Shown here piece by piece: positions 26,907 through 35,617 of a DNA stretch of 64,000 nucleotides. Origin of the DNA: Candidatus Micrarchaeota archaeon (GTDB lineage: Archaea; Micrarchaeota; Micrarchaeia; Micrarchaeales; CABMGC01); contig JAKASF010000002.1 of assembly GCA_021828295.1 (NCBI GenBank), positions 407 through 64,406 of the forward strand, read 5' to 3'. The notes below the pieces were generated by a model. The model saw nothing but the letters and a program-made list of their open reading frames with translations. It made no database searches and had not been told where the DNA came from. How positions within the stretch are numbered: position 1 is the first letter of the stretch; the number at the start of each line of letters is the position of its first letter. The position numbers were made by a program, and so were the translations under genes.

Positions 26907-29849
26907 ATGGAATTTAAGAAGCTGAGCGATGTCAAGTTTGAGCTCGCAAGGGACGAGAGCAAAGGCATGCGAACCAACGTTATCGCGTACGCGACAGAGC
27001 GGATGCTCGACAAGATAAAACAGGACAGGACTGTGTCGCAAGCTGTGAATGTCGCGGGCCTGCCCGGGATAGTAGGCAATGTGCTGCTCATGCCAGACGC
27101 GCACGAGGGCTACGGCATGCCAATCGGGGGCGTGGTGGCGTTCGACGCCGAGGCAGGAATAGTGTCGCCGGGCGCGGTAGGGTTTGATATAAACTGCCTG
27201 CACCCAGAGGCACGCATTTACGACGCGGAAGGCTCTTGGCATAGAATACGTGACTTCAAGAGTAAAACTGTAGACTTACTAAGTTTCGACGTGCGCGCCG
27301 CAGAGTGCCTCAAGACAAACGCTATTCTTTTGATTGAGAAGCAATGCGATAAGCCAATGCTTCGCATAGTGACCTCTTTGGGCAAGGAAATACTTGCAAC
27401 CGAAGACCACCCGATACTTACCGATCGGGGTATGGTCAAGACGGGAGAACTCAGGGTTGGGAATAGGATCGTCTCGACTGGTCTTGACGGTCTGGAGTTC
27501 ACTGAGCCGGGCAACAGGACAATCCTGTCTGAGGAGCGGCTTATAGAGACACTAAGGAGCCTCGGCATTACAGAGAAGGGCAATGCGCTCGCTCAGGTAC
27601 TGAATGCACTGAGGCGAGCGGGGCTAAGCAGCATAAACCTCAGCCATCCCAAGCTTCACATTCTGTTAAAGTTGCTCGGTTTGGTTTTTGGAGATGGAAC
27701 TGTACCAAACACAAGAGGAGGCATATCCTATACTAAATTCTATGGTAAAAAGGAAGACCTGGTTAAGGTTCAGGAGGACATACAAAAGCTTGGATTCCAT
27801 GCGGGCTTGTACCACAGAAGTAGACATCATAAGATAAACACAGTATACGGTACGAGAGAATTTGATTTCGAAGAATACTCGCTTTCGGTCGGCGCCGCGG
27901 CTTTTAGCTCATTACTCGTGTGCCTTGGTGCACCCTTTGGTAATAAATCGGCACTGTCTTACCGGGTACCAGAGTGGATCATGAATGCTGAAGATTGGCA
28001 GAAGCGGCTTTTTGTTGCTGCTTATTTTGGAGCTGAGATGTCAAAGCCTCAAGCGCATAATGGATACAACTTCCAACCGCCTGCTTTCAGTGTAAACAAG
28101 CTTGAGGAATTGGGCGACAATGCTGTCGCATTCCTTAAAGACATCGCGAGCGTGCTGAACTCTTTGGGAGTGCAAACGATGCAGCCTGCAGTTGTCGAAG
28201 GCTATAGGTATGCTGGCAAAAGGGGAAAGACGCTGGGCTTTAGGCTGGGTGTGCTGTCAAATACAGAGAACTTGGTACGATTCTTTGGCTCTGTTGGCTA
28301 CATTTACAATAACGAAAAGGAAAGGCTCGCGAGCCTTGCAGCGCTATACCTGGGCTATTTGAGTAAAATAAGATCCTCGCGTGACGCAACGAGAGCAAAA
28401 GCCATAGAAATGAAGTCGCAGGGAATTGACAGTAGCGCTATAATCAGGCAGCTCGCTAATGGCCGTGCGGCGGAAAGCTTTGTAGAGCATACGCTGTGGG
28501 GGAGAACGGGAGCTGCTAGGATATGGAAAGACGTGAAGTTCAGGGATTTCGCAGACAAGTTTGAGATTGGAAAAAGTGGCTTGGTATATGATGCGGTTGA
28601 AAGCAAAGAAGTAGTTCCTTATGAAGGTAAGGTATTCGACCTTACGATGAACCACGAAAGCCACAATTTCATTGCAAACGGAATTGTGGTGTCGAACTGC
28701 GGCGTGAGGCTGATAAAGACCGGGCTCACGGAGAAGGAGGTCAGACCGAAGCTTGGCGCGCTCATGGACGCGCTCTTCAAGAACGTCCCGAGCGGAGTTG
28801 GCAGCAGGCTCAAGACAGGCTTCACTGAGCAGGACCTCAGGAAGATAGCCGAGGAGGGGGCCAGCTACGCAATAGAGAAGGGCTATGGCTGGAAGGAGGA
28901 CGTTGAAAGGATAGAGGAGAACGGGACGATGGTGAGCGCCGACTTCTCGAAGGTGAGCAAAGAGGCGAAGTCGCGCGGACTCGACGAGCTCGGAACACTC
29001 GGAGCCGGAAACCACTTCCTTGAGGTCCAGAAAGTGGAGAGGATATTTGACGAAAGAGTGGCGGACGAGTTCGGGCTCCGCAGGGATCAGGTGGTGGTGA
29101 TGGTGCACTGCGGCTCACGCGGCTTCGGACATCAGGTATGCAGCGATTACCTTCGCAGGCTCGCCGAGCGCCAGACGAAGAGCGGCACGCAGGTGGCCGA
29201 TAGGGAGCTCGCATATGCGGAGATAGGGAGCAAGGAGGCCGATGACTATCTGGCGGCGATGAACAGCGCCGTCAATTACGCATTTGCGAACAGGCAGATG
29301 ATAATGCACAACATAAGGAAGAGCTTCGAGGAGACCTTCGGCAGGAGCGCAGACGCGCTAGGCATGCACCTGCTCTACGATGTGGCGCACAACATAGCCA
29401 AGCTTGAGGAGCACACTGTTGACGGAAAAAGAACAGCGGTATATGTACACAGGAAAGGTGCGACAAGAGCTTTTCCGAGGAACAGCGAAGGCATACCCAA
29501 GGAGTACAGGGGCATAGGCCAGCCTGTGATAATACCGGGCAGCATGGGTACGAGCAGCTACATACTCTGCGGCGAGGAGGGCTCGATGAAAGAAACTTTC
29601 GGTACCACGTGCCATGGGTCCGGCAGACTTATGTCAAGGCACCAGGCGCTGAGGGACTTCCCTCCGGAGAAAACGTTCCAATCGCTCAAGAGCAAGGGGA
29701 TAGAGATACGCGTGCGCACGAGGAAGCTGATAAGCGAAGAGGCGGAGTGGGTGTACAAGAACGTCGACGACGTGGTCGGCGTTGTGGAAAAGGCCGGAAT
29801 ATCAAAAATCGTCTCGAAGAACGTGCCGATAGGAGTCGTCAAGGGCTAG
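26907..29849 (+). CDS. rtcB: RNA-splicing ligase RtcB, interrupted by one intein
   Basis: The exteins read ...LMPDAHEGYGMPIGGVVAF...GAVGFDIN / CGVRLIKTG...HCGSRGFGHQ...GTTCHGSGR, which are the RtcB metal and His motifs. The spliced size is about 479 aa. Confidence 0.9.
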   Translation: MEFKKLSDVKFELARDESKGMRTNVIAYATERMLDKIKQDRTVSQAVNVAGLPGIVGNVLLMPDAHEGYGMPIGGVVAFDAEAGIVSPGAVGFDINCLHPEARIYDAEGSWHRIRDFKSKTVDLLSFDVRAAECLKTNAILLIEKQCDKPMLRIVTSLGKEILATEDHPILTDRGMVKTGELRVGNRIVSTGLDGLEFTEPGNRTILSEERLIETLRSLGITEKGNALAQVLNALRRAGLSSINLSHPKLHILLKLLGLVFGDGTVPNTRGGISYTKFYGKKEDLVKVQEDIQKLGFHAGLYHRSRHHKINTVYGTREFDFEEYSLSVGAAAFSSLLVCLGAPFGNKSALSYRVPEWIMNAEDWQKRLFVAAYFGAEMSKPQAHNGYNFQPPAFSVNKLEELGDNAVAFLKDIASVLNSLGVQTMQPAVVEGYRYAGKRGKTLGFRLGVLSNTENLVRFFGSVGYIYNNEKERLASLAALYLGYLSKIRSSRDATRAKAIEMKSQGIDSSAIIRQLANGRAAESFVEHTLWGRTGAARIWKDVKFRDFADKFEIGKSGLVYDAVESKEVVPYEGKVFDLTMNHESHNFIANGIVVSNCGVRLIKTGLTEKEVRPKLGALMDALFKNVPSGVGSRLKTGFTEQDLRKIAEEGASYAIEKGYGWKEDVERIEENGTMVSADFSKVSKEAKSRGLDELGTLGAGNHFLEVQKVERIFDERVADEFGLRRDQVVVMVHCGSRGFGHQVCSDYLRRLAERQTKSGTQVADRELAYAEIGSKEADDYLAAMNSAVNYAFANRQMIMHNIRKSFEETFGRSADALGMHLLYDVAHNIAKLEEHTVDGKRTAVYVHRKGATRAFPRNSEGIPKEYRGIGQPVIIPGSMGTSSYILCGEEGSMKETFGTTCHGSGRLMSRHQALRDFPPEKTFQSLKSKGIEIRVRTRKLISEEAEWVYKNVDDVVGVVEKAGISKIVSKNVPIGVVKG
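27195..28697 (+). mobile_element. 501-aa intein with LAGLIDADG-type homing endonuclease domain inside the RtcB DINCGVR motif
   Basis: It starts with Cys1 (CLHPEARIY). Block B is ATEDHPILT. Endonuclease blocks LLGLVFGDGTV and VAAYFGAEMS are present. It ends ...GIVVSN followed by +1 Cys. GC content is lower than in the exteins. Confidence 0.85.
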
Positions 29850-30304
29850 TTTACAGAAACCTTTTTCTTGTTTTTGAACTCAAAGTGGATAGGCCAAATT
29901 ACAAGTTGCTTTGGTTCCGCTTCTTCATCCAAACTTATTCTTGACCTCAACAGCCCTGCAAACCCTCCGAAGATTTCGAATAGCTCTGGGATTTTGTTGT
30001 GCACATCTATGTTTGAAATATCCTGAACGATTGTAGGCAAGGCCTGATTAAGCAAAGGGATGTGATCTATAACAACTCCTGCCGCCAAACCCGCTCCGAG
30101 CCCGAGGGCGGTGCCGGTTAGTGTGAGGGCTGCCTGGGTAGCGATGTATTTCTTGCTTGGAACTGTCATAGTAAAGGTGTAGGTGCTTTTACTTAGATAA
30201 GAGTTAAACCTGACCCATTTCTTCTCGTATTTGGTAGCCCAATCGCTCTTGGCTTTAATTTCCATGACAACTAGAAAGCGTTGGCTTTTGGCATTTATAA
30301 ACAT
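29846..30304 (-). CDS. hypothetical membrane-associated protein (152 aa), AT-rich cassette gene convergent with rtcB
   Basis: It starts MFINAKSQRF... and has a hydrophobic Gly/Ala segment (ALTLTGTALGLGAGLAAGVVI). The N-terminal 46 aa of track ORF 29846-30442 are antisense to an rtcB relic, so ATG 30304 is preferred. Confidence 0.45.
   Translation of the reverse strand: MFINAKSQRFLVVMEIKAKSDWATKYEKKWVRFNSYLSKSTYTFTMTVPSKKYIATQAALTLTGTALGLGAGLAAGVVIDHIPLLNQALPTIVQDISNIDVHNKIPELFEIFGGFAGLLRSRISLDEEAEPKQLVIWPIHFEFKNKKKVSVN
29862..29876 (+). terminator. oligo-T tract (tttttcttgttttt) 13 nt after the rtcB stop
   Basis: Two T5 runs were read directly, in the style of an archaeal intrinsic terminator. 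Confidence 0.35.
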
Positions 30305-30334
30305 TAACTTGAAATTCTGTGCGCCTAGAGGCGC

Positions 30335-30397
30335 GAGAAAGCGGGCATATTGAAAATAGTTTCCAAGAACGTGCCAATGGGCGTTGTCAAGGGTTGA
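30335..30397 (+). pseudogene. relic copy of the rtcB 3' end (last 20 codons plus stop)
   Basis: It translates to EKAGILKIVSKNVPMGVVKG*, against the RtcB C-terminus EKAGISKIVSKNVPIGVVKG* (29787-29849). Nucleotide identity is about 75% with mostly synonymous differences. An in-frame stop precedes it. Confidence 0.7.
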
Positions 30398-31007
30398 CAA
30401 TCTCATACCACTGAGGCACAACCTTTGCATCCTCTGTCTCAAATTCCGATACGACCTCGTCTATCTTTTCTTCCTCTTCGCGCTTCTTGCTTCTGCGCAG
30501 GGAAGGATGTAGTATTGCGGTAAGTTTGTGGTTCCTAAGCGACCCTTTGAGCACACCATCTTCTATTGCGAACGAAATTTCCTCCGCGATGACTTTTGCA
30601 AGTTTCTTTTCTTCCTCGGTAAAGTGCTTGCTTTGGGCTATATACATGGCGGCCTTTTCGGCTTGCTCGATGCGAAGCTGCTGATGCGGAACCACCATCA
30701 CAGACAGCACAGGCAGTGGTTTGCCGAAATCGCCTCTTTTGATGAGCACCCACCCTTTGTTGATTAGTTTCTCGGTCTCTTCGCTTGTGAGTTGAGATTC
30801 AAGGATGCTCCATTTGTCAGACCTGTACTGGGCGTAAATGCTCCTGCCAGTTTCAGCAAGTGCTTTCTTGCCTCTTCTTGTATCAACGAGCCCTGCTTCT
30901 TCAAATATGTCGAGAAGCCTGTTTATTCTCTTGCCAGTCTCTTCTTGCTTCGCTTCAAGAAGCGTTAGGGCTTGCATCCTTTTTGTATTTGGCTGCTGCA
31001 CTTCCAT
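30387..31007 (-). CDS. hypothetical protein (206 aa), AT-rich
   Basis: This is a clean ORF for a charged helical protein. Its last 3 codons and stop lie antisense within the rtcB relic. Confidence 0.55.
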   Translation of the reverse strand: MEVQQPNTKRMQALTLLEAKQEETGKRINRLLDIFEEAGLVDTRRGKKALAETGRSIYAQYRSDKWSILESQLTSEETEKLINKGWVLIKRGDFGKPLPVLSVMVVPHQQLRIEQAEKAAMYIAQSKHFTEEEKKLAKVIAEEISFAIEDGVLKGSLRNHKLTAILHPSLRRSKKREEEEKIDEVVSEFETEDAKVVPQWYEIVNP

Positions 31008-31063
31008 CTCAAGCGCCTAGGGCTTAAATGGCGGATGGAAATTTATAAGACTATCCTCAAGGA

Positions 31064-31876
31064 TTACATCTTCGATGCTTCTTCAGTGAGTCTTATCCTG
31101 TAGAGCAGCTCGCGCGACATCGAGACCTCGACAGATGTGCTGAGCGTCGAAAGGAGCGACTCCGCCTCCTTTAGCTTGCCTTGCTTTGCAAGGTATTTTG
31201 CAAGATAATAGTAGGCGTTCATCTCTCCCGAGCCCAGCGCAGCGAGCAGGCTCGCCTGCGCCTGCTTCGTGTCCTTCTCCACGCTGTAAACGAGCAGCGC
31301 ATATTCCGAGTATGTGCCGCGCTTGTCCAGGCTTTGGAGAGTCCTGAGCGTCGTGGCGGCATCGACATATCTCTGCAGCCTTATCTCCGACATGAACTTC
31401 ATTAGCACCATGGTGGGATCGACCTGTATGTTGCCCTGCAGCTCGCCGCCCACTATCCTTATCACCTTGAAGAAGCACTCCTTCCACTTCATCGTGAGGT
31501 CGAGGCTTGCCCGTATATTATCGGCATTGGGCTCCATGAAGCCCATCTGGTTGTAGTCCTTGCTCTGGAACTCGATAGTCGAGAGGTTGAGGTAGAAAAC
31601 GCCAAGAAGGTAGAGCTGCTCGGGGTCCATGTTCCCCTTCATCAGCTGGTCCGCGCTCTTCAGCGCAGCTTCTGTGCTGTTGGCGTCAAGCTGCGCCTTG
31701 ATGGCTTCGAATGGCGATGATGCGCCGGCCTGCACGCCCGCGAACTGCTCGCAGAAGTTGCAGAATGAGGGCCTGCCGCTCGCCGAGAGAGTGCTTGTGC
31801 CGCAGTAGGGGCACTTCTGCGCTACCGGCCTGTAGCTTGCAAGCAGTTTTAGATACTTCCTGCCGTCCAGCACCAA
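31064..31876 (-). CDS. hypothetical protein with N-terminal zinc-ribbon and helical-repeat (TPR-like) body
   Basis: CPYCGTS...CNFCEQF is present at the N-terminus. The 270-aa body is helical. Confidence 0.55.
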   Translation of the reverse strand: MVLDGRKYLKLLASYRPVAQKCPYCGTSTLSASGRPSFCNFCEQFAGVQAGASSPFEAIKAQLDANSTEAALKSADQLMKGNMDPEQLYLLGVFYLNLSTIEFQSKDYNQMGFMEPNADNIRASLDLTMKWKECFFKVIRIVGGELQGNIQVDPTMVLMKFMSEIRLQRYVDAATTLRTLQSLDKRGTYSEYALLVYSVEKDTKQAQASLLAALGSGEMNAYYYLAKYLAKQGKLKEAESLLSTLSTSVEVSMSRELLYRIRLTEEASKM

Positions 31877-31941
31877 AACACACTGCTTACTGGTCGTTTA
31901 AAGTTATATAAGTGCGGTTTTGAATATCGCTGCGCGGATCT

Positions 31942-32250
31942 CTACTTCTGAGTCGCAGGGGCGCACAGGTAGACATAATGGCCTTTGGCCGAGCTCACCC
32001 TTGAACTTCCGAAGGAGGTCTTCACCCTCCTCGCAACTTCTTCAGAGCCGAGTTCGCCATCTTCTGCCACGGACACCACGAAGCCGAAGTCGCCGCTTGT
32101 GATAATCACCTTCCTCACTCCCCTGCATGCGGCTATCCGCCTAGCGACCTCGTGCGAATTTTTTCTTACATCAGGATGCAGTAGCAAGAAGCTCTCACTT
32201 GCTGTCCTCATTCGTATGTTTCCGTTTCCCAACCAATCGCCTCTAATCAA
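31942..32250 (-). CDS. stand-alone Lrp/AsnC ligand-binding (RAM) domain protein (module 2)
   Basis: FLLLHPDVRKNSHEVARRIAACRGVRKVIITSGDFGFVVSVAEDGE is present. It is a paralogue of 4111-4353. The start could alternatively be ATG 32211. Confidence 0.6.
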   Translation of the reverse strand: MIRGDWLGNGNIRMRTASESFLLLHPDVRKNSHEVARRIAACRGVRKVIITSGDFGFVVSVAEDGELGSEEVARRVKTSFGSSRVSSAKGHYVYLCAPATQK

Positions 32251-32480
32251 TCAGCGTAAACAACCCGCCAGACGTTCTCTTTCTCCTGTATCCACTTTAC
32301 CGGCCTCTTGTCATCGGATTGGGTGGAGGTGGGCTGCTTAGCCTTCGGGTGGGGAATGCTAATGCTGGGGTCAATAGGATAGTAGCCGTTCTGAGAACGA
32401 ACAAAACCCATGCCAGCCCACGGAGATAGAATATGCATCTGCTGATTTATAAATATTTTACTTTTTTTAAATAAGTTCAT
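32247..32480 (-). CDS. 77-aa mini-protein ending ...RPVKWIQEKENVWRVVYAD (module 2)
   Basis: Its C-terminal ~34 aa are conserved with 4359-4499. Its stop overlaps the start of 31942-32250. Confidence 0.5.
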   Translation of the reverse strand: MNLFKKSKIFINQQMHILSPWAGMGFVRSQNGYYPIDPSISIPHPKAKQPTSTQSDDKRPVKWIQEKENVWRVVYAD

Positions 32481-32510
32481 ATATTTTTCGGAAATATAAA
32501 ATCAGAGGGC

Positions 32511-33509
32511 ATGCTTAACAAGACGTCTAGGATGCTGCTTAAAGAACTATGCACGAACGCCAGGATTAAACTGCCAGCTTTGTCGAAGAAGTTTGGGATA
32601 TCCAGATACCTTTTAGCGCGGGAAATCAGGAACCTGGAAAAGGAATTGGAGTTGCATTACACGTTGGAACTAGACAACGCAAAACTCGGCTTCGGCACAA
32701 CGCACGTCATGCATCTGAAGTTCGTGAAGAGGCCCAGCTCTGAAACGCTCAAGGGAATCCTCAACAAAATACCCTCCATACAGCTTGCGTTGCTTACAAA
32801 AGGCGACTTTGACCTTCTCTGCTTTGCAGTGACCAGGACACCGGTTGAATACTCGCAGATAGAGATAGCGCTCCAGCTTCTTCTGGAGGAATACGGCGCA
32901 AAGGTTAAGTCTGCGGAGGTGACGCTTGCGCGCCTCGGCTTTGTGCCGCTCGACAGCAATCTGATAAGCAGGTCAGCACTTGAGAGCGAATACAAAGAGG
33001 TGCTCATCAGGCTGAACGCCAACTCGCATGCCAAGATCAGCGAGATAAGCAGGTCCATAGGTATAAGCGATGACCTGGTGCGGTACTATATAGCAAAAAT
33101 GGAGCGCGAAGGGATAATCAAGAGATATACCGCTGTGGTAGGCAAGCCGAACACGGGATTCACCATAGCCTACCTTGCGAATTATGCTGTAAGGGAGAAC
33201 CTCCAGAGCAGGATAGACAAGGAAAGGAGAGAGATAATCTTCACAGACGATGAGCAGAGCGATGTAAATGACTTCCAGTCTATGTTTTCAACAACAGGCA
33301 GTGAGCAAACGCTTAACATTGCGACATACAGGAACAGGAAGTATGGACTTGAGCACAGCGTGAAAGCGCATAATAGAATTTACGCGACGGACAGGCCGGA
33401 GGTTGTGTCAGCTGAGATTATAAAACCAGTAAAAGGTGTCATGCCGTTCAGATATCTCAACGTAAAAGAGGTATACGACACCTCCAACTGGCCTCTCGAG
33501 TTCTCCTAG
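32511..33509 (+). CDS. tandem (two-unit) Lrp/AsnC-like transcriptional regulator (module 2)
   Basis: Two HTH plus RAM units are present (SRMLLKELCTNARIKLPALSKKFGIS..., EVLIRLNANSHAKISEISRSIGIS...). It is a homologue of 2828-3844. Confidence 0.7.
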   Translation: MLNKTSRMLLKELCTNARIKLPALSKKFGISRYLLAREIRNLEKELELHYTLELDNAKLGFGTTHVMHLKFVKRPSSETLKGILNKIPSIQLALLTKGDFDLLCFAVTRTPVEYSQIEIALQLLLEEYGAKVKSAEVTLARLGFVPLDSNLISRSALESEYKEVLIRLNANSHAKISEISRSIGISDDLVRYYIAKMEREGIIKRYTAVVGKPNTGFTIAYLANYAVRENLQSRIDKERREIIFTDDEQSDVNDFQSMFSTTGSEQTLNIATYRNRKYGLEHSVKAHNRIYATDRPEVVSAEIIKPVKGVMPFRYLNVKEVYDTSNWPLEFS

Positions 33510-33569
33510 CCTGGGACCAGCCTCGGCATATTTTAAAAATACGAATTTTTGGTTAATATTTTTTAAATT

Positions 33570-33599
33570 TTGGAAGGATTTAAAACGGAATCCTTCCAA
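33570..33599 (+). promoter_or_regulatory. perfect 11-bp inverted repeat ttggaaggatt-N8-aatccttccaa, 8 nt upstream of the transporter ATG
   Basis: The arms are at 33570-33580 and 33589-33599, read directly. It could be an operator or a 5'-leader hairpin. Confidence 0.5.
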
Positions 33600-33607
33600 T
33601 CAAAATC

Positions 33608-34873
33608 ATGAGAATACAGGTTCACGGCTACGTGCTGCTCTTCAGCGCGCTGATGTTCACTGCGATAACACCGATAGCGTACGTGCTGGGCAACGGCATA
33701 AACCCCATAGCGCTAATGCTTCTCGTCTCGCTTGCCGGAACCCTCATATCGTTTGCGCTCTCCTTTGCCAGGGGCACGCTTCATCACGTCAAAACATACT
33801 TTACAACAAGGAACGGTGCGTTTGCGATACTCTCCTTCGGGATACTCGCCTACACCCTCCTCTCGCTGATTTTTAGCTATGTAACCCACTATGTGAACGC
33901 CGATCTCGTGGCGGTGGTCTACAGGTCGTGGCCGCTCATGCTGATACTGATGGCGCCGGTGCTCATGCGCGAGCGCATGACAAAGTATGATGGCCTGGGA
34001 GTGATTATCGGTTTTTCAAGCCTCGCCGTCACGCTTGTCGGAGGCACAGCAATAAGCATACCGGAGCAGTATCTGCCATTCGTGCTGCTGCTTCTGCTCG
34101 GCGCATTCTTCGACGCATTCGTTTCCGGAGTTTCAAAGAAGTATAACTATGAGCTCACAAGCTCTATATTTGCTTACAACGCGGTTTCGTTTGCAATCTT
34201 CTTGCCGCTGGCCCTTCTGACAGGCTCTCTCAACTTCTCAGGCTTCGGTGCAAACACCGCTTTGGGCGTCGTCTTGCTCGGAGCGGTGCAGAATGTGCTG
34301 CTTACCTTCCTGTTCGTCGCCTCTTTTAGGCGGGTAAGGACCTCGATAGCCAGCAATGTCTTCATAGTCAGCCCGTTTTTCACAATGTTGCTCAGCGCTT
34401 TGTTCCTGAGTACTCCAATCGAACCCTACTACCTTGTGGTGGCGTTCGGAGTAGCGTTTGGCATACTTATACAGCACATGCAACCGAGAGCTGCAAACCG
34501 TGTGACTAAGAGGAGAAACTTGGCCATATTCGATGTAACAGGCACGTTCCTAGATAACCCAAACCCTGAAATATCCCGTTGCATAACCGGCGATGGCCGC
34601 GCCTTTGCGATAAGGATAAGCAAAAGCAGTTTCGATGAACAGTTGCACAGTCAGATATTCAAGAGCCGTTATTGCTTGGTGTTTACCAATGACGCGCCAC
34701 ATCAGGACGCACGGGGCGAGGAGATGCGCCTTATAGGAGGGGCTATGGCTCTCAAGAAGGGGGAGGCTGCGCTCATCGGTATGGGTGACCCTGATGAGCT
34801 AGAGGCAGCATTCGATGAATTTCTCAGAGCCCAACCTGGCGCAGTAAAGCAAGAATCCGCCTTTCAAGCCTAG
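33608..34873 (+). CDS. DMT/EamA-family membrane transporter with the same unknown C-terminal domain (module 2)
   Basis: The multi-TM N-terminal part is followed by the tail IFDVTG...GDGRAFAIRI...ALIGMGDPDELEAAFDEF. It is a paralogue of 1448-2728. Confidence 0.7.
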   Translation: MRIQVHGYVLLFSALMFTAITPIAYVLGNGINPIALMLLVSLAGTLISFALSFARGTLHHVKTYFTTRNGAFAILSFGILAYTLLSLIFSYVTHYVNADLVAVVYRSWPLMLILMAPVLMRERMTKYDGLGVIIGFSSLAVTLVGGTAISIPEQYLPFVLLLLLGAFFDAFVSGVSKKYNYELTSSIFAYNAVSFAIFLPLALLTGSLNFSGFGANTALGVVLLGAVQNVLLTFLFVASFRRVRTSIASNVFIVSPFFTMLLSALFLSTPIEPYYLVVAFGVAFGILIQHMQPRAANRVTKRRNLAIFDVTGTFLDNPNPEISRCITGDGRAFAIRISKSSFDEQLHSQIFKSRYCLVFTNDAPHQDARGEEMRLIGGAMALKKGEAALIGMGDPDELEAAFDEFLRAQPGAVKQESAFQA

Positions 34874-34948
34874 GCTTTCAACTAATAAGCTGCACAGCGT
34901 TTATTCGCATGCTCTGCGACTCTCTTGAGGACGGCTACACTTAGGCCT

Positions 34949-35617
34949 TTACTTCTTCTGCAGCGCCACGAAGAGATGCATCTTCGAATAGGGGGCTATG
35001 TCTATCTTCTCTGCAACCTTGAACTTTCCAGACACTGCTTCCAGGAACTCCTTGAATACCATCTCGGGCTGCTTGACAACGTCGATGCTCTGCGACTTGA
35101 TGGCCACATAGGCGTAGCCGCCTTCTTTCAGGAGCTCCGCGTTTCTCAGGAGTATGTCAGCCTGGTCCGGAGCGGCTATGTCCTGGTAGAGGACGTCGCA
35201 GATTCCAGTGTCGGATGAGTATGCCTCTGTGTTTCTCGCATCCTGCAGCATCGGCAGCATGTTCGCACGCGATTCGCACGCCTTGAGTAGGTCGCGCATG
35301 CTCCGCTCCGATATCTCTATGCAGTACACTATACCCTGCCCGCCGACTATGTCGCTGACGTGGCTGCTTGTGGTGCCTGTGGCTGCGCCGAGGTAAAGGA
35401 CCTTGGCCCCCTCTTTTATGTGCAGCTCCTTCAGCCCGTTGATTATCGCTGCCGCGAGTTTGCTCCTGTACGGATTCCAGAGCCGGTACTGTTCGCCCTC
35501 GTAGTCTACGAGCTCCTCGTCGTAGACCCTGTTGCCCCTCACCAGGTTCTTGGTTGCGAGCTTGTTGTCTATCTTGTATACCCCATCGAAGATCTGCCTG
35601 AACTGCATCAGAGTCAC
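34949..35617 (-). CDS. flpA: fibrillarin-like rRNA/tRNA 2'-O-methyltransferase
   Basis: YRLWNPYRSKLAAAI and VLYLGAATGTTSSHVSDIV match fibrillarin. The protein is 222 aa. Confidence 0.9.
   Translation of the reverse strand: MTLMQFRQIFDGVYKIDNKLATKNLVRGNRVYDEELVDYEGEQYRLWNPYRSKLAAAIINGLKELHIKEGAKVLYLGAATGTTSSHVSDIVGGQGIVYCIEISERSMRDLLKACESRANMLPMLQDARNTEAYSSDTGICDVLYQDIAAPDQADILLRNAELLKEGGYAYVAIKSQSIDVVKQPEMVFKEFLEAVSGKFKVAEKIDIAPYSKMHLFVALQKK

Noticed and set aside
26561-27242. ORFs 26561-26776 (-) and 26718-27242 (-) lie across the tRNA-Leu gene and the rtcB start.
   Set aside because: They overlap a well-folded tRNA and the 5' end of rtcB, and their translations are not protein-like.
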